Source: a virus
Reading direction: 5' to 3' (one strand)
DNA: 32,374 nucleotides
Virus record (IMG/VR): IMGVR_UViG_3300025018_000383
This document shows positions 8,156 to 16,604 of this stretch, piece by piece. Numbering within the stretch: position 1 is the stretch's first letter; every line of letters begins with the position of its first letter. The notes below the pieces were generated by a model, which made no database searches, was not told where the DNA came from, and worked only from the letters and a program-made list of their open reading frames with translations. The position numbers were made by a program, and so were the translations under genes.

Positions 8156-9738
8156 GCTCCTGCCGCTCCGCCGCCACTGCCGCCGGCCGTTTGCCCCAAT
8201 TGCTGCACTAGGGCAGCCTGTTGAGCCTGGGCGGCTTGCTCCTGATCGGCTTGTCGTTCAGCTTCGGTCTTGAACAGGTCCTGCTGCACGTCCGATTGGC
8301 GCAAGAACCAGGCAACGGTGCGTCCCAGGTGCAGCACCGCGCCCACAGCTTCGGGCGCGAACTGGGCAGCGGCGGCAATCGCCGCCATCGCCTGTTGCGC
8401 CTCAGCCCGTTGCCGAACTTTGGCTAGCGGTGGTTTCGGCACAGGGATGAGGTGTTGGCCGTCCACCTCGAAGGGCGCGATATAGTACGGGCTGGCCGCC
8501 ATTTCCGGCAGGCTCAGTACGTCCAGGATTGCCGCGGCCAGCGGCGCTTGTAGCTCACCCATCAAGCGCAATGTCTGCGGGACCTCGACGGCGGCCTGGT
8601 TTGCCACACGCTCGCTGATTTCAAAAGCTGTGCGCCGGTCTGCCCCCACGGCAGGCGGCAGGCCTGGACCCAGAATGTGTTCCCGGATCTGTCGGCGCAG
8701 ATCCTCCAGCACGATCTGGCTCAAATCCAGCTGGATGCCAGAGCGTAGCGGTTGCAGCCCTGCCGATCCGACTGCCTTCGGAATAATTGCCCCCGGCACC
8801 AGTTGAATATTCTGTAAGTTGATCACGCCATCGTCATCCGCCTGCCACATACCGGTCATGGCGATGGACGCGTTTTTCAGGATCAGTTCCAGCGCCTTGT
8901 TGGCCGACTGGATACTGCCCAGCACATCCAACACCCTGCCACGGCCCATCGCTTCGCCTGGTGCCACGCCCGTGCGGAACGCGATACGGCGGTTGGTGCG
9001 ATAGCGGGTCGATTGGATTGGCTCGGATTGGCCGTCGGCGAAAATCAGATATTCCCAGTCCTCGCTTTCCGGGCGATACACCATGGCATCGCACAACTTC
9101 ACCGGCTTGGATTGCTCCGCCTCGTCCGTCGGCTTCATCTGCCCCAGGTCAGCATCTGGCCAGCGGCGCATCACCTCGCGATAGGGTAGTGTGAACTTGC
9201 GGAAAGTGGTGTCCAGTGTCCCGAAAATGCCTTCTTCGACGATGATTTCAGAGGTCGGTACCGTCTCAAAACGCAACGGTCGGCGGGCGGTGTGGGGGTG
9301 TACCGTGATCGTGCCGACCGAAATGTGGCTTTCCATCAGCGCGGGCACGATCTCCAGGTCCAAATTGCTGGCAGCTACCGCGCCGTGGAAGCGTTCGTGC
9401 ACGCCTTGCAGAAATGCCACAGCTGCTGGGTCGGTGGCTGGGTCTCCGCCTGACGCCGTCTCGAAGCCCTGCGGGTAGTCGAATGCCATCCACGCCCTGG
9501 CCGATGGCATCAGGGCCTCTTGGTCTCGCGCGGCACGCTGCATCAGCGCAATCGGGGCAGTGCTGTCATACACCGTCGCCGTGCGGTTTTCCCCAGGCGT
9601 TTTGGTGCCCTGATAGCTTTCGTGGTTGGGTAATGCCAACCGAAAGGCTTCGTCCAGGTGACCGTCCCACAGCCGGCGCCGGGCCTCGGCCGCCGCCATC
9701 CGGGCCAGAACCGGGTGCTGTGCGCCGCCCTTAGCCAC
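8152..9738 (-). CDS. Portal (head-tail connector) protein, about 528 aa
   Basis: ORF of more than 500 aa between terL and scaffold. I chose the GTG at 9738 because it is preceded by AGGTGG at 5 nt spacing and overlaps the upstream TAA. Alternative starts are the ATG at 9699 and the TTG at 9792. Confidence 0.72.
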   Translation of the reverse strand: MAKGGAQHPVLARMAAAEARRRLWDGHLDEAFRLALPNHESYQGTKTPGENRTATVYDSTAPIALMQRAARDQEALMPSARAWMAFDYPQGFETASGGDPATDPAAVAFLQGVHERFHGAVAASNLDLEIVPALMESHISVGTITVHPHTARRPLRFETVPTSEIIVEEGIFGTLDTTFRKFTLPYREVMRRWPDADLGQMKPTDEAEQSKPVKLCDAMVYRPESEDWEYLIFADGQSEPIQSTRYRTNRRIAFRTGVAPGEAMGRGRVLDVLGSIQSANKALELILKNASIAMTGMWQADDDGVINLQNIQLVPGAIIPKAVGSAGLQPLRSGIQLDLSQIVLEDLRRQIREHILGPGLPPAVGADRRTAFEISERVANQAAVEVPQTLRLMGELQAPLAAAILDVLSLPEMAASPYYIAPFEVDGQHLIPVPKPPLAKVRQRAEAQQAMAAIAAAAQFAPEAVGAVLHLGRTVAWFLRQSDVQQDLFKTEAERQADQEQAAQAQQAALVQQLGQTAGGSGGGAAGA

Positions 9739-10021
9739 GAATGCCACCTGCGCCCAGGTTTGTCTTTTCCGGCACGCCGGTCGCCCCGGCAAACGACAAC
9801 AGATCGAAGCCGCCGCGGCGCGCCAATCGTTGCGCTTTCAACTGGCGTCGCCGGGCGGCATTGCCGGCTTCGGCTTCGGTTCGCTGTTGGGCCAGCTGCT
9901 CGGTTTGTTGCCGGGTCAATGCCAAGCTTTCCTGCTGCAACTTGCGGGCTCTGGCTTCGGCGCCCGCATCCGCGGCGGGGGCAATTAGGCTTCCCATAAC
10001 TGTTCCTTCTGTGAGTGTCAT
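9731..10021 (-). CDS. Small coiled-coil protein (96 aa), unknown function
   Basis: ATG at 10021, 3 nt after the upstream stop. Q/R/A/E-rich heptad-like core and a C-terminal RRGGFDLLSF motif. The antisense ORF 9741..10292 is treated as a shadow ORF. Confidence 0.55.
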   Translation of the reverse strand: MTLTEGTVMGSLIAPAADAGAEARARKLQQESLALTRQQTEQLAQQRTEAEAGNAARRRQLKAQRLARRGGFDLLSFAGATGVPEKTNLGAGGIRG

Positions 10022-10024
10022 GAT

Positions 10025-10516
10025 TCAGGTTAGAGCAGGACCATCTGGAACGGTAAACTTTTCAGCGCCGCCATGCGTTAGCACGCCCTGTTTCGTCGTC
10101 ATCAGATGGTCGAATAACTGTTTCGGTGTCGCCCCCCTGAAATCGCGTACACCAGCCAGGCCGGCGATCACGGTGGCGCAAGTGTACTGCTTTCCCAACA
10201 TCGGCACTTGCGGTTCGTTGTCAGGAAGCACCAGCACCACTGCCCCACCGTCCTCAACTGCCCGCATGGCGATGGTGTGCTGCACCAGCTGATCGGCGGC
10301 CGGGTCATCCTCCGGCGCCTCGATCACCCGCAACCCTTGCAACAGCGGATCGACGATGATCCAGCCGGCCAAGCTCCGACGCATTGCCAGACAATGTTGA
10401 AAGCCACGTGGCAGGCCCTGCACAAATCGATAATAGCGTTCGAATTCCGGCGATAGCACCATGCCGATCGGCACGGCGGGCGCGCTCTGAAAGATGATGG
10501 CGTAGGCGTGCGACAT
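10025..10516 (-). CDS. Hypothetical protein (163 aa)
   Basis: ORF tightly packed between terL (stop at 10519) and the next gene. No motif recognised. Confidence 0.6.
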   Translation of the reverse strand: MSHAYAIIFQSAPAVPIGMVLSPEFERYYRFVQGLPRGFQHCLAMRRSLAGWIIVDPLLQGLRVIEAPEDDPAADQLVQHTIAMRAVEDGGAVVLVLPDNEPQVPMLGKQYTCATVIAGLAGVRDFRGATPKQLFDHLMTTKQGVLTHGGAEKFTVPDGPALT

Positions 10517-10518
10517 GA

Positions 10519-11991
10519 TCAGGGGAACACTCCAAAGTTCGAACGGGCCACAACCTGGCGCAGCGCCCGGCGGGCCGCGTGCGGTTCAGCGTCCGGCTCT
10601 GCGCCAATGCCGACCGCACCCATTATGCCATATTCCAATGCCTCGACCACATGGCTGAATTCCGTCTTCAGCACCGGGCCATAATAGTCCGAATTGGGCT
10701 GCAACAGCCGGCGACGATGCTCACCGGCCAGCCCTTGGATCAGCACCTTGCAGGCTGGGTCGATCAACAGGCCGGGTGTGCCAGCCACCGTGCGCCGTTT
10801 CAGCGCCTTGCGGATCGGCGTCTGCCGTAAGTCCGGCGCGTTTGTGGTGCATGGCAGAATTCGCATGCCAGTGACCTTGCGAAGCTCCGTGAGCCACGTC
10901 TGGTCGGCGTTGATGCTAGACCTCGCCCCACCAGCCATATCCGCATAGCCGACCACCTGAAGGCCTTTGAGGCGCGAGGCGCGCAATGCCTGCACCATCT
11001 CGCCAAAGGTGTACACGTCCCAGCCCTCTGCTGGCGGAGCCAGTTCGGCCAGCGCGCGCCACTGACCGTCCGGCATCCATTGGAGGAATACGGCCGCCGC
11101 GTGCAACCCCTGGTCAAAGCCAGCGACCACCTGTGCGTCCGCTGGCGTCAACGGCGCGCCGGCCACGTGCAGGCTATGGGCGAATTCTGGATAGACCGCA
11201 GCGCGGCTGAATTGATTGGACGGCTCACACATCACCAGCCGGCGGTACACGTGATCATCCATCGAGCGCCGCAGGTTTTCGTAATAGCCAGCGGGAAGGT
11301 TCTTCACGTTCTCCGCCGCGGCCAGGTGCCCGCCTGGCTGGCGGAAGACGGCCCAATTCGCCGGGACCTCCAGATACAGGCGCTTGTGCCATTCCGTGCC
11401 CAGCTCTGGGCTGTTGGTGTCGCCCATCAGGATCCGTCGCTTCGGCGCGCCGTGCCCGTCTGCCGTGCGTGGATAGCGACCCAGGCGGCCATAAATGAAG
11501 CTGAACAGCTCCAGCGGCAGCAGGGTTGCCTCCACCAGCAGTGCGTGCGTTGTTTGCAAGCCGCGCATGGTCGCCTCTACCGAGTTTTCGCCGAAAGCCA
11601 AGAACAGCATGGTCAGTTCGATTTGGCCTTTGCCGTCGTCGATCAGGATCGTCTGGGTTCGCACTGGCGCGCCAACATAGCCCATTTCTTTCGGAAAGAA
11701 CGCAAACCAGTCATCCATGAAGGTCCGCTCCAGGTTCGGATAGGTCGATCCAATCACCGCCCACTTGCATCGGCGAACGCCGTCGCGCGGGCTGCGATGT
11801 TCGTTCTGCGCCACCCGGAACACATTGACAATGTTTGCTGTCGTCTTGCCGCTGCCTTGCGGGCCTTCCAGCAGGAACAGGTCTGGGTCGGGCGTACTGC
11901 CACCATCCAGCCCATACACCACCGCCCGGCTATAGGCGTTGGCCACTGGACCAACCGGCGCCAGGCGCAACAGGTCCTGCAGGTCACTCAC
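10519..11991 (-). CDS. terL: Terminase large subunit (490 aa)
   Basis: Walker A LLEGPQGSGKTT near the N-terminus. Size and position upstream of the portal fit. GTG start overlaps the stop of a micro-ORF (GTGA). Confidence 0.85.
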   Translation of the reverse strand: MSDLQDLLRLAPVGPVANAYSRAVVYGLDGGSTPDPDLFLLEGPQGSGKTTANIVNVFRVAQNEHRSPRDGVRRCKWAVIGSTYPNLERTFMDDWFAFFPKEMGYVGAPVRTQTILIDDGKGQIELTMLFLAFGENSVEATMRGLQTTHALLVEATLLPLELFSFIYGRLGRYPRTADGHGAPKRRILMGDTNSPELGTEWHKRLYLEVPANWAVFRQPGGHLAAAENVKNLPAGYYENLRRSMDDHVYRRLVMCEPSNQFSRAAVYPEFAHSLHVAGAPLTPADAQVVAGFDQGLHAAAVFLQWMPDGQWRALAELAPPAEGWDVYTFGEMVQALRASRLKGLQVVGYADMAGGARSSINADQTWLTELRKVTGMRILPCTTNAPDLRQTPIRKALKRRTVAGTPGLLIDPACKVLIQGLAGEHRRRLLQPNSDYYGPVLKTEFSHVVEALEYGIMGAVGIGAEPDAEPHAARRALRQVVARSNFGVFP

Positions 11992-12089
11992 AGCAAGCCC
12001 CCCACACCCCCGGAAAGGGTTTGAAATTGATCTGTGTCAGGCGAGGCCTGAAAGGCCTGAAACAGGGCAGATTTTTGCACGGGGTCCAT
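11988..12089 (-). CDS. Micro-ORF (33 aa, MDPVQKSALFQAFQASPDTDQFQTLSGGVGGLL), translationally coupled to terL
   Basis: Its ATG overlaps the stop of the 55-aa ORF (TGATG) and its TGA overlaps the terL GTG (GTGA). It has no SD of its own and is below the ORF-track size cutoff. Confidence 0.25.
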   Translation of the reverse strand: MDPVQKSALFQAFQASPDTDQFQTLSGGVGGLL

Positions 12090-12256
12090 CAGAGAAAACA
12101 AGGGAACGGTTGGGGGGGGCGGCGGCGGTCGGCGATGGGCTGGCTGACAGGCCGGGTCGGAGACACGGAAATCAGAGGCTGGCCCCTGCGGTTGTCTGAT
12201 TTGCTATCAGCCGTCCGGCCCTGAAATTCAGCAATCCTATCAACGCGTTGTGTCAT
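12089..12256 (-). CDS. Micro-ORF (55 aa, MTQRVDRIAEFQGRTADSKSDNRRGQPLISVSPTRPVSQPIADRRRPPQPFPCFL)
   Basis: Its ATG overlaps the terS stop (ATGA) and is preceded by AGGAGAG at 8 nt spacing. It contains the C8 run (plus-strand G8 at 12112-12119). Hand-translated codon by codon. Confidence 0.35.
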   Translation of the reverse strand: MTQRVDRIAEFQGRTADSKSDNRRGQPLISVSPTRPVSQPIADRRRPPQPFPCFL

Positions 12257-12783
12257 TCTTCCAACTCTCCTGTTTCCAACTCCGCCCGCACCGCTTCGCT
12301 AAGTGATTGATTTTCCACCGATCCTGCCGAGAGGGTCAGTGTCGGCAGGACTGGCTGGTTGGTCATCACGCGGCCAGCATTCGGGTCGCCATCGATCTGC
12401 TCGACCGCCACGATCACATGCGCGTTGCGCGTCTCAACCTGGATTGCCGGCTTGGCCAGCTCATAGGGCAGCAGCGCCTTGAGCGCATCCATCTGGTATT
12501 CCGCCGCGTCGGCCTTGTCCATCCCCAGATGCCCTGCCAAATCGCGTAGCGGCGCGCGGGCAATCTCCATCAGGCGATAGGCCGGAGAAAAGCCCGTCGC
12601 CTCCATGATATCCCGGAAGGTCCGCGACTTGCGGTTCTGCGCGCCGGCCGGCCGGCCACGCCCTCGTGTCGCCGGCCGCGCGTCTCCGAACAAGTCCGGC
12701 GTATCCGGCCACTCATCAGCATGCCCAGCCAGCGCCGCCGCCTCCTCTGCCGCGATCTGCGCGAGCCCGCTCTTTTGCGCCAT
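12253..12783 (-). CDS. terS: Terminase small subunit-like protein (176 aa)
   Basis: Position upstream of terL. Basic RGRGRPAGAQNRKS motif typical of small terminases, with an acidic C-terminal tail. Start taken at ATG 12783 (MAQKSGL); an alternative GTG lies at 12822. Confidence 0.6.
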   Translation of the reverse strand: MAQKSGLAQIAAEEAAALAGHADEWPDTPDLFGDARPATRGRGRPAGAQNRKSRTFRDIMEATGFSPAYRLMEIARAPLRDLAGHLGMDKADAAEYQMDALKALLPYELAKPAIQVETRNAHVIVAVEQIDGDPNAGRVMTNQPVLPTLTLSAGSVENQSLSEAVRAELETGELEE

Positions 12784-12814
12784 TATCCGCCCCCGATAAT
12801 ATGCGCAGCCGCCG

Positions 12815-13067
12815 TGTAACACCCCAACTCGTCACCGTTACACCGACCGTTACGCCCTAATCCACTGATACCATTACTACTATATCCATATGTAACACTG
12901 TAACATATGTAACATGTATATAGTACATGCGCATGCGCGCGCGCGCGCATGTAGGGTGCGCATTCGGCGTTACAGCCGTTACACGCCATCCTCGCCCCCA
13001 AACTCCGAGGAATTTCCGCGCCTAAGCTGTAACGCCAGAGCGTTACAGCCCTGTTACACGGCGTTAC
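12815..13067. repeat. Iteron array: 12 copies of GTTAC(A/G)/TGTAAC in 253 bp, both orientations
   Basis: TGTAAC copies at 12815, 12891, 12899, 12908 and 13028. GTTACA or GTTACG copies at 12837, 12849, 12969, 12978, 13042, 13053 and 13062. Spacing within clusters is 8-12 bp. The region is non-coding, between the helicase stop and the terS start. Confidence 0.85.
12923..12953. repeat. 31-nt perfect alternating purine/pyrimidine tract containing the 20-nt palindrome CATG(CG)6CATG (12932-12951)
   Basis: Read base by base. An AT-rich stretch (catatgtaacatgtatatag) lies on its left. The tract sits at the centre of the iteron array. Confidence 0.9.
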
Positions 13068-13117
13068 ACCTCTGCAATTGCGAACGGGAGAGGAACAAAG
13101 GTACATCATTCCGCGGC

Positions 13118-14926
13118 TCAATAATCTGTTCCGGATTTCGGGGAGCGCGAGGGCAGCGACGACGGTGGTAGCAAGCTGGCCAGGTGAGGCTCGACAGGGA
13201 TGGCAACCCCGCGTGAGACGACGCCCGCGAACCTCACGGCGCCGGAGATGATCGCGCCATCCAGCCGTCGCAGCGACTGGCTCCACGACCCGTCGGTGCC
13301 GCTTGCCGTGCCCCAACGCTGTCCGCGATAGAGCGGGGCCAGGGATGGATTGCGGTTAGCCACGACCAGATGATAAGGCGGCGCGCCAATCTCCAGCCGC
13401 ATCCCGTGACGCTGCAGGACTGTAAGGCCGTGGCTCTCGTCCGGGCGCATGCCGTTGATGAGGACATCTTGCATCGCCTGCTGGATGACCTCCGACACCG
13501 TGCGGCGGCTGCCTTTGGATGGCTCGATCTGGGAGGCCAGGAGGTGGTGCAGGCAGGATACCTCGTCATCCTCCCGATCCGACCTCGCCGCCAGGTCCTC
13601 GGCGCTCAAGAGGTGCAGCCATGGCTCGATCGCCGCATGCGATGGTTGTCCGTCATCAAGCACCACATGCGCGGCCGCCAAAAGCGTGCCGTAAACATCG
13701 GCGCCGCGCGCATCGTGGGCTTGCTCCCGCATCCGGTCCTGATACCAGCTCAACAACTCGGGCCAGCGTCGCCACCCCTGGATCATCCGGCGCCGCATCG
13801 CGGCACCTGTCGCCCGCAAGGCGGGATAATCTAGTGCCAGTGGCGGCTGATCCCCCAGCCGGCCAAGGTCCAGCACCGCCACTCGGCTTTTGTCTTGCGG
13901 CAGCAGCGGTGGGATCAGGATCGACGAAAAGGCAAATGCGCTGCGCAACTCCGTCTGCATCACCCGATGATCCGCCGACGATCGGGCGCTGCCGCCACCG
14001 CTGGCCGCTAGCCGCATCAACGTGATTAGGTCGTTAGTCCTTCTGTTGTCGCCCTCGTTCTCTTTTTCGTCCAATATCACAGGGATTGAGGAGACGGCCA
14101 GCAGCGTCTTGATCGCTGCTGCGGTCACGTCCTCGATATGGATCAGCCCTCGGTCCAACACGGCGATCATCACGTCCAGCAGCGTGGATTTGCCAGAGCC
14201 GGCGCGGCCAGTCACCCAGATGGATGGTCGCCAACGCAACGCCCCTCCGATCATCGCCATGCCAAGCCAGCCGACGACCAGCCGCGCGTCCAGTTCCGGG
14301 CGCTGCCAGGCCCATGTCTGCAACATCCGATGCAGATCGGCAATGCCGTCGTCGCACGCATGATTGCTGGCCTGGGGTCTGGGCTGCGCCGGGCCTGCGC
14401 AGTAGACATGGCGGCCGATTTCGCCGGGCGAGTGCCAGCCAAGGCGCTCGTGCCAGATGCGATTGCCGTAGTGGATGACCAGGGCGCCATCCTCATCCGC
14501 CCAGGCGCCTGGCCCGCGCTCAACGTTGGTGGGATTCCACACTCCCTTTGCGGCGCAGGCTGCCATCAGTGCATCCTGCGCGGCTGTCACGTCGAGGCCT
14601 CCCAATGGCTCGCCGTCTTTGTTGAGCCGGGGCCAATGATCATAGAGCCAATCGATCCGAGTGCCCGCCATATGGACGATCGCGGGGCGTGCAATCTTGC
14701 TGGATTGGATCACGCGCAGCTGACCGATCGCGTCGAGAAACACTGAGCAGTCGCCATAGATGCCTAGCGGCGTGATCGGACAATCGGCCGGCAGCCATTG
14801 ATGCGCGCTGCCGCCGTCCCCCTCGTCAGGCGCTTCCCGATCCACCGGGATTGGGACAGGTTCGGCTCGGTCGATCGCGGCACCGATGGCGGCGGTGGCT
14901 GTCGGTCGGGGAGTGGCGGCGTTCAC
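13118..14926 (-). CDS. Replicative helicase, SF3 / P4-alpha C-terminal type (602 aa), DUF927-like N-terminus
   Basis: Walker A VTGRAGSGKST and Walker B-like PVILDEKE. Located directly downstream of the Toprim primase. GTG start with GAGG upstream. Confidence 0.72.
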   Translation of the reverse strand: MNAATPRPTATAAIGAAIDRAEPVPIPVDREAPDEGDGGSAHQWLPADCPITPLGIYGDCSVFLDAIGQLRVIQSSKIARPAIVHMAGTRIDWLYDHWPRLNKDGEPLGGLDVTAAQDALMAACAAKGVWNPTNVERGPGAWADEDGALVIHYGNRIWHERLGWHSPGEIGRHVYCAGPAQPRPQASNHACDDGIADLHRMLQTWAWQRPELDARLVVGWLGMAMIGGALRWRPSIWVTGRAGSGKSTLLDVMIAVLDRGLIHIEDVTAAAIKTLLAVSSIPVILDEKENEGDNRRTNDLITLMRLAASGGGSARSSADHRVMQTELRSAFAFSSILIPPLLPQDKSRVAVLDLGRLGDQPPLALDYPALRATGAAMRRRMIQGWRRWPELLSWYQDRMREQAHDARGADVYGTLLAAAHVVLDDGQPSHAAIEPWLHLLSAEDLAARSDREDDEVSCLHHLLASQIEPSKGSRRTVSEVIQQAMQDVLINGMRPDESHGLTVLQRHGMRLEIGAPPYHLVVANRNPSLAPLYRGQRWGTASGTDGSWSQSLRRLDGAIISGAVRFAGVVSRGVAIPVEPHLASLLPPSSLPSRSPKSGTDY

Positions 14927-14985
14927 AATCCGCTAGCCTCAGCGGCCACCCGGGTGATTGGTCTGTCGGTTAGGCGGCAGGCCAT

Positions 14986-16092
14986 CTAGGCGGCTCCCCC
15001 GGCGTTAGATGTGGTTGCATCGGGCGCCGCGAACGCTTGCAACCAGGCGTTGAAATCCTTGTAGGCCGGATCCGGCCTTGCAATAGCGACGTCGAGCCCC
15101 TGCCGCACCAGCCGTTGACTGGCGCTGCGCAGCGTCACGCGGGCCGGATGCTCCACCACTTGACCATCCGCGCGAATGATGGTCAGCGGATCATTGTCAG
15201 CGCCGATGATCACGCGACTGATGCCGGCTGGCAGTTGCAGGCGGGCAAGGCCACTGATCGTGCCGACGGCCGCCGCGCGGTGTTGCGGCCGCAGCAGCGC
15301 CATCGATAGCGCGTCCTCGATGCCCTCCGTCAGCAGCAGCGTCTCGCCAAGCGCGGCCTTGGACCAGGGCCGGCCCGTCGAGCCGCGGGACAGTGGGATG
15401 CACAGGCCGGCGGTGGCGCCCAACACCATCTTGGCCCTTTGCAGCCGCGCTTTGTGCCAGCTCGTCCCCTGCCCTGTCAGATAGGTGCGGTGCACCGCAC
15501 GGACGCGCCCGACGACATCGCACATCGCGGCCAGCATGGCCGGCTCCGGTCGTTTGGTCTCGGCGCAGTAAGTGTCCCATGCAAAGCGCAGCACGCTGGG
15601 CGGTCGCGGCAGCGCGCGGATGTCGATGCCGCGGCCCATCAAATACCACTCGGCGGGGCTGCCCGCTAATGGGTCGGCCGCATACCATATGGCGGCAGCC
15701 GTCTTGGCCCGATCTGCCTGCTGCCGATCATACTGGTCGCGGGCAGCTTGATCTTGCTGCTGGATCGCACGGCGGCGTTCGGGCGCCAGTGGTGCATCGT
15801 CTAGGCACAGCCTGCGCTTGGCCCAGCGTACCGCCTCGGCCTTGTTGCCTCCGTACAACGTGGCGGCAACAAGGTCCAGCATGTCGCCAGCCTCGTCGTT
15901 GGCCGCAAAGTTTTTCCACAACCCCTGCTTGCTGCCAGCACCACGATGCACGGACAGGCGGGTGCCGGCCTCACCTGCCAGTGAGCCTGCGGTCCATTCG
16001 TTGCCAGCGCGACAGGCGCCTGGCAACAGCTCTGGCACCAGGCTGTCCACCTGGGCATTCAGGTGCCGCGCGATCTCGGATATATCCATCAT
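14986..16092 (-). CDS. Toprim-domain DNA primase (368 aa)
   Basis: Toprim signature LLTEGIEDALS plus IIGADND. The N-terminal region resembles the P4-type primase N-domain but has no Cys-x2-Cys pairs. Confidence 0.75.
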   Translation of the reverse strand: MMDISEIARHLNAQVDSLVPELLPGACRAGNEWTAGSLAGEAGTRLSVHRGAGSKQGLWKNFAANDEAGDMLDLVAATLYGGNKAEAVRWAKRRLCLDDAPLAPERRRAIQQQDQAARDQYDRQQADRAKTAAAIWYAADPLAGSPAEWYLMGRGIDIRALPRPPSVLRFAWDTYCAETKRPEPAMLAAMCDVVGRVRAVHRTYLTGQGTSWHKARLQRAKMVLGATAGLCIPLSRGSTGRPWSKAALGETLLLTEGIEDALSMALLRPQHRAAAVGTISGLARLQLPAGISRVIIGADNDPLTIIRADGQVVEHPARVTLRSASQRLVRQGLDVAIARPDPAYKDFNAWLQAFAAPDATTSNAGGAA

Positions 16093-16099
16093 GCCGGTC

Positions 16100-16411
16100 T
16101 CATATTGCCAGCGGGCCAGGTGGGTGGGCCTCGTCCAGGCTGCCGCCGCCTAGCAGCGCCCGCCGACAAACGCGAGATTTTGTGGCGTAGCGGGCAGCAA
16201 GCCGCTGCGCCGCGATCGCACTCCGGCGCGCATGCATGCCTTGGGCATAGAGCTGATCGGCCAGCATGAGCCTAAATACTTGGTCCTGCGCCGTTGCAGA
16301 GTGCGTCGCCGCACGTGCCGCGTATACCGTCGCCATCTCGCTCCAAAACTCGGCGTGGTGGGTGATCCGGACTACCTTGGATTGCTGGTCGACCATTGGT
16401 GACGGCTCCAT
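16100..16411 (-). CDS. Hypothetical first gene of the leftward arm (98-103 aa)
   Basis: The ORF abuts the control region. The second ATG at 16396 (MVDQQSK) has GGAG 9 nt upstream and may be the true start. Confidence 0.5.
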   Translation of the reverse strand: MEPSPMVDQQSKVVRITHHAEFWSEMATVYAARAATHSATAQDQVFRLMLADQLYAQGMHARRSAIAAQRLAARYATKSRVCRRALLGGGSLDEAHPPGPLAI

Positions 16412-16604
16412 GCCGCGCTGCCGTAGCGCGCTATCCCTATTGATTGTCTCTGCGATAGGCGACTGTCAATGCACTTGCTGCCTGGCCTGGGGCAGCGTCA
16501 ACTGCGACATTGTGTCAACGGGAAAGAAAAGTGTTGCAAAAGGCAACATCCGATGCGATATTGTGATTGTCAACAACACGGGCCCCGCAAACGGAGACGG
16601 ACCA
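16412..16604. promoter_or_regulatory. Divergent control region with repeated operator-like elements
   Basis: Direct repeat GCGACATTGTGTCAAC (16504-16519) and GCGATATTGTGATTGTCAAC (16555-16574). Palindrome TGTTGC-aaaag-GCAACA (16532-16548). Inverted repeat CTGCC-n8-GGCAG (16478-16495). Four TTGAC(A/G) hexamers on the minus strand. Confidence 0.6.
16534..16562 (+). promoter_or_regulatory. Candidate sigma70-type rightward promoter TTGCAA-N17-GATATT
   Basis: -35 at 16534-16539 and -10 at 16557-16562, with exactly 17 nt between them. The -35 lies inside the TGTTGC/GCAACA palindrome and the -10 lies inside the second direct repeat. Confidence 0.35.

Noticed and set aside
12815-13067. The GTTACA repeat cluster as a CRISPR array or transposon ends.
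   Set aside because: The repeats are only 6-8 bp long, occur in both orientations and have irregular spacers of 2-6 bp within clusters. No cas or transposase gene is present. An iteron or binding-site array fits better.
12783-13316. The ORFs crossing the iteron island: 12783..13316 minus and 12914..13171 plus.
   Set aside because: They overlap the helicase C-terminus or terS, have odd composition, and span the repeat/palindrome region, which is better explained as non-coding.
16266-16604. The upstream extension of the Cys-repeat ORF (listed start 16266).
   Set aside because: It would run through the leftward gene and the whole operator/promoter region. The ATG at 16605 has a GGAG SD, and the candidate promoter lies upstream of it.
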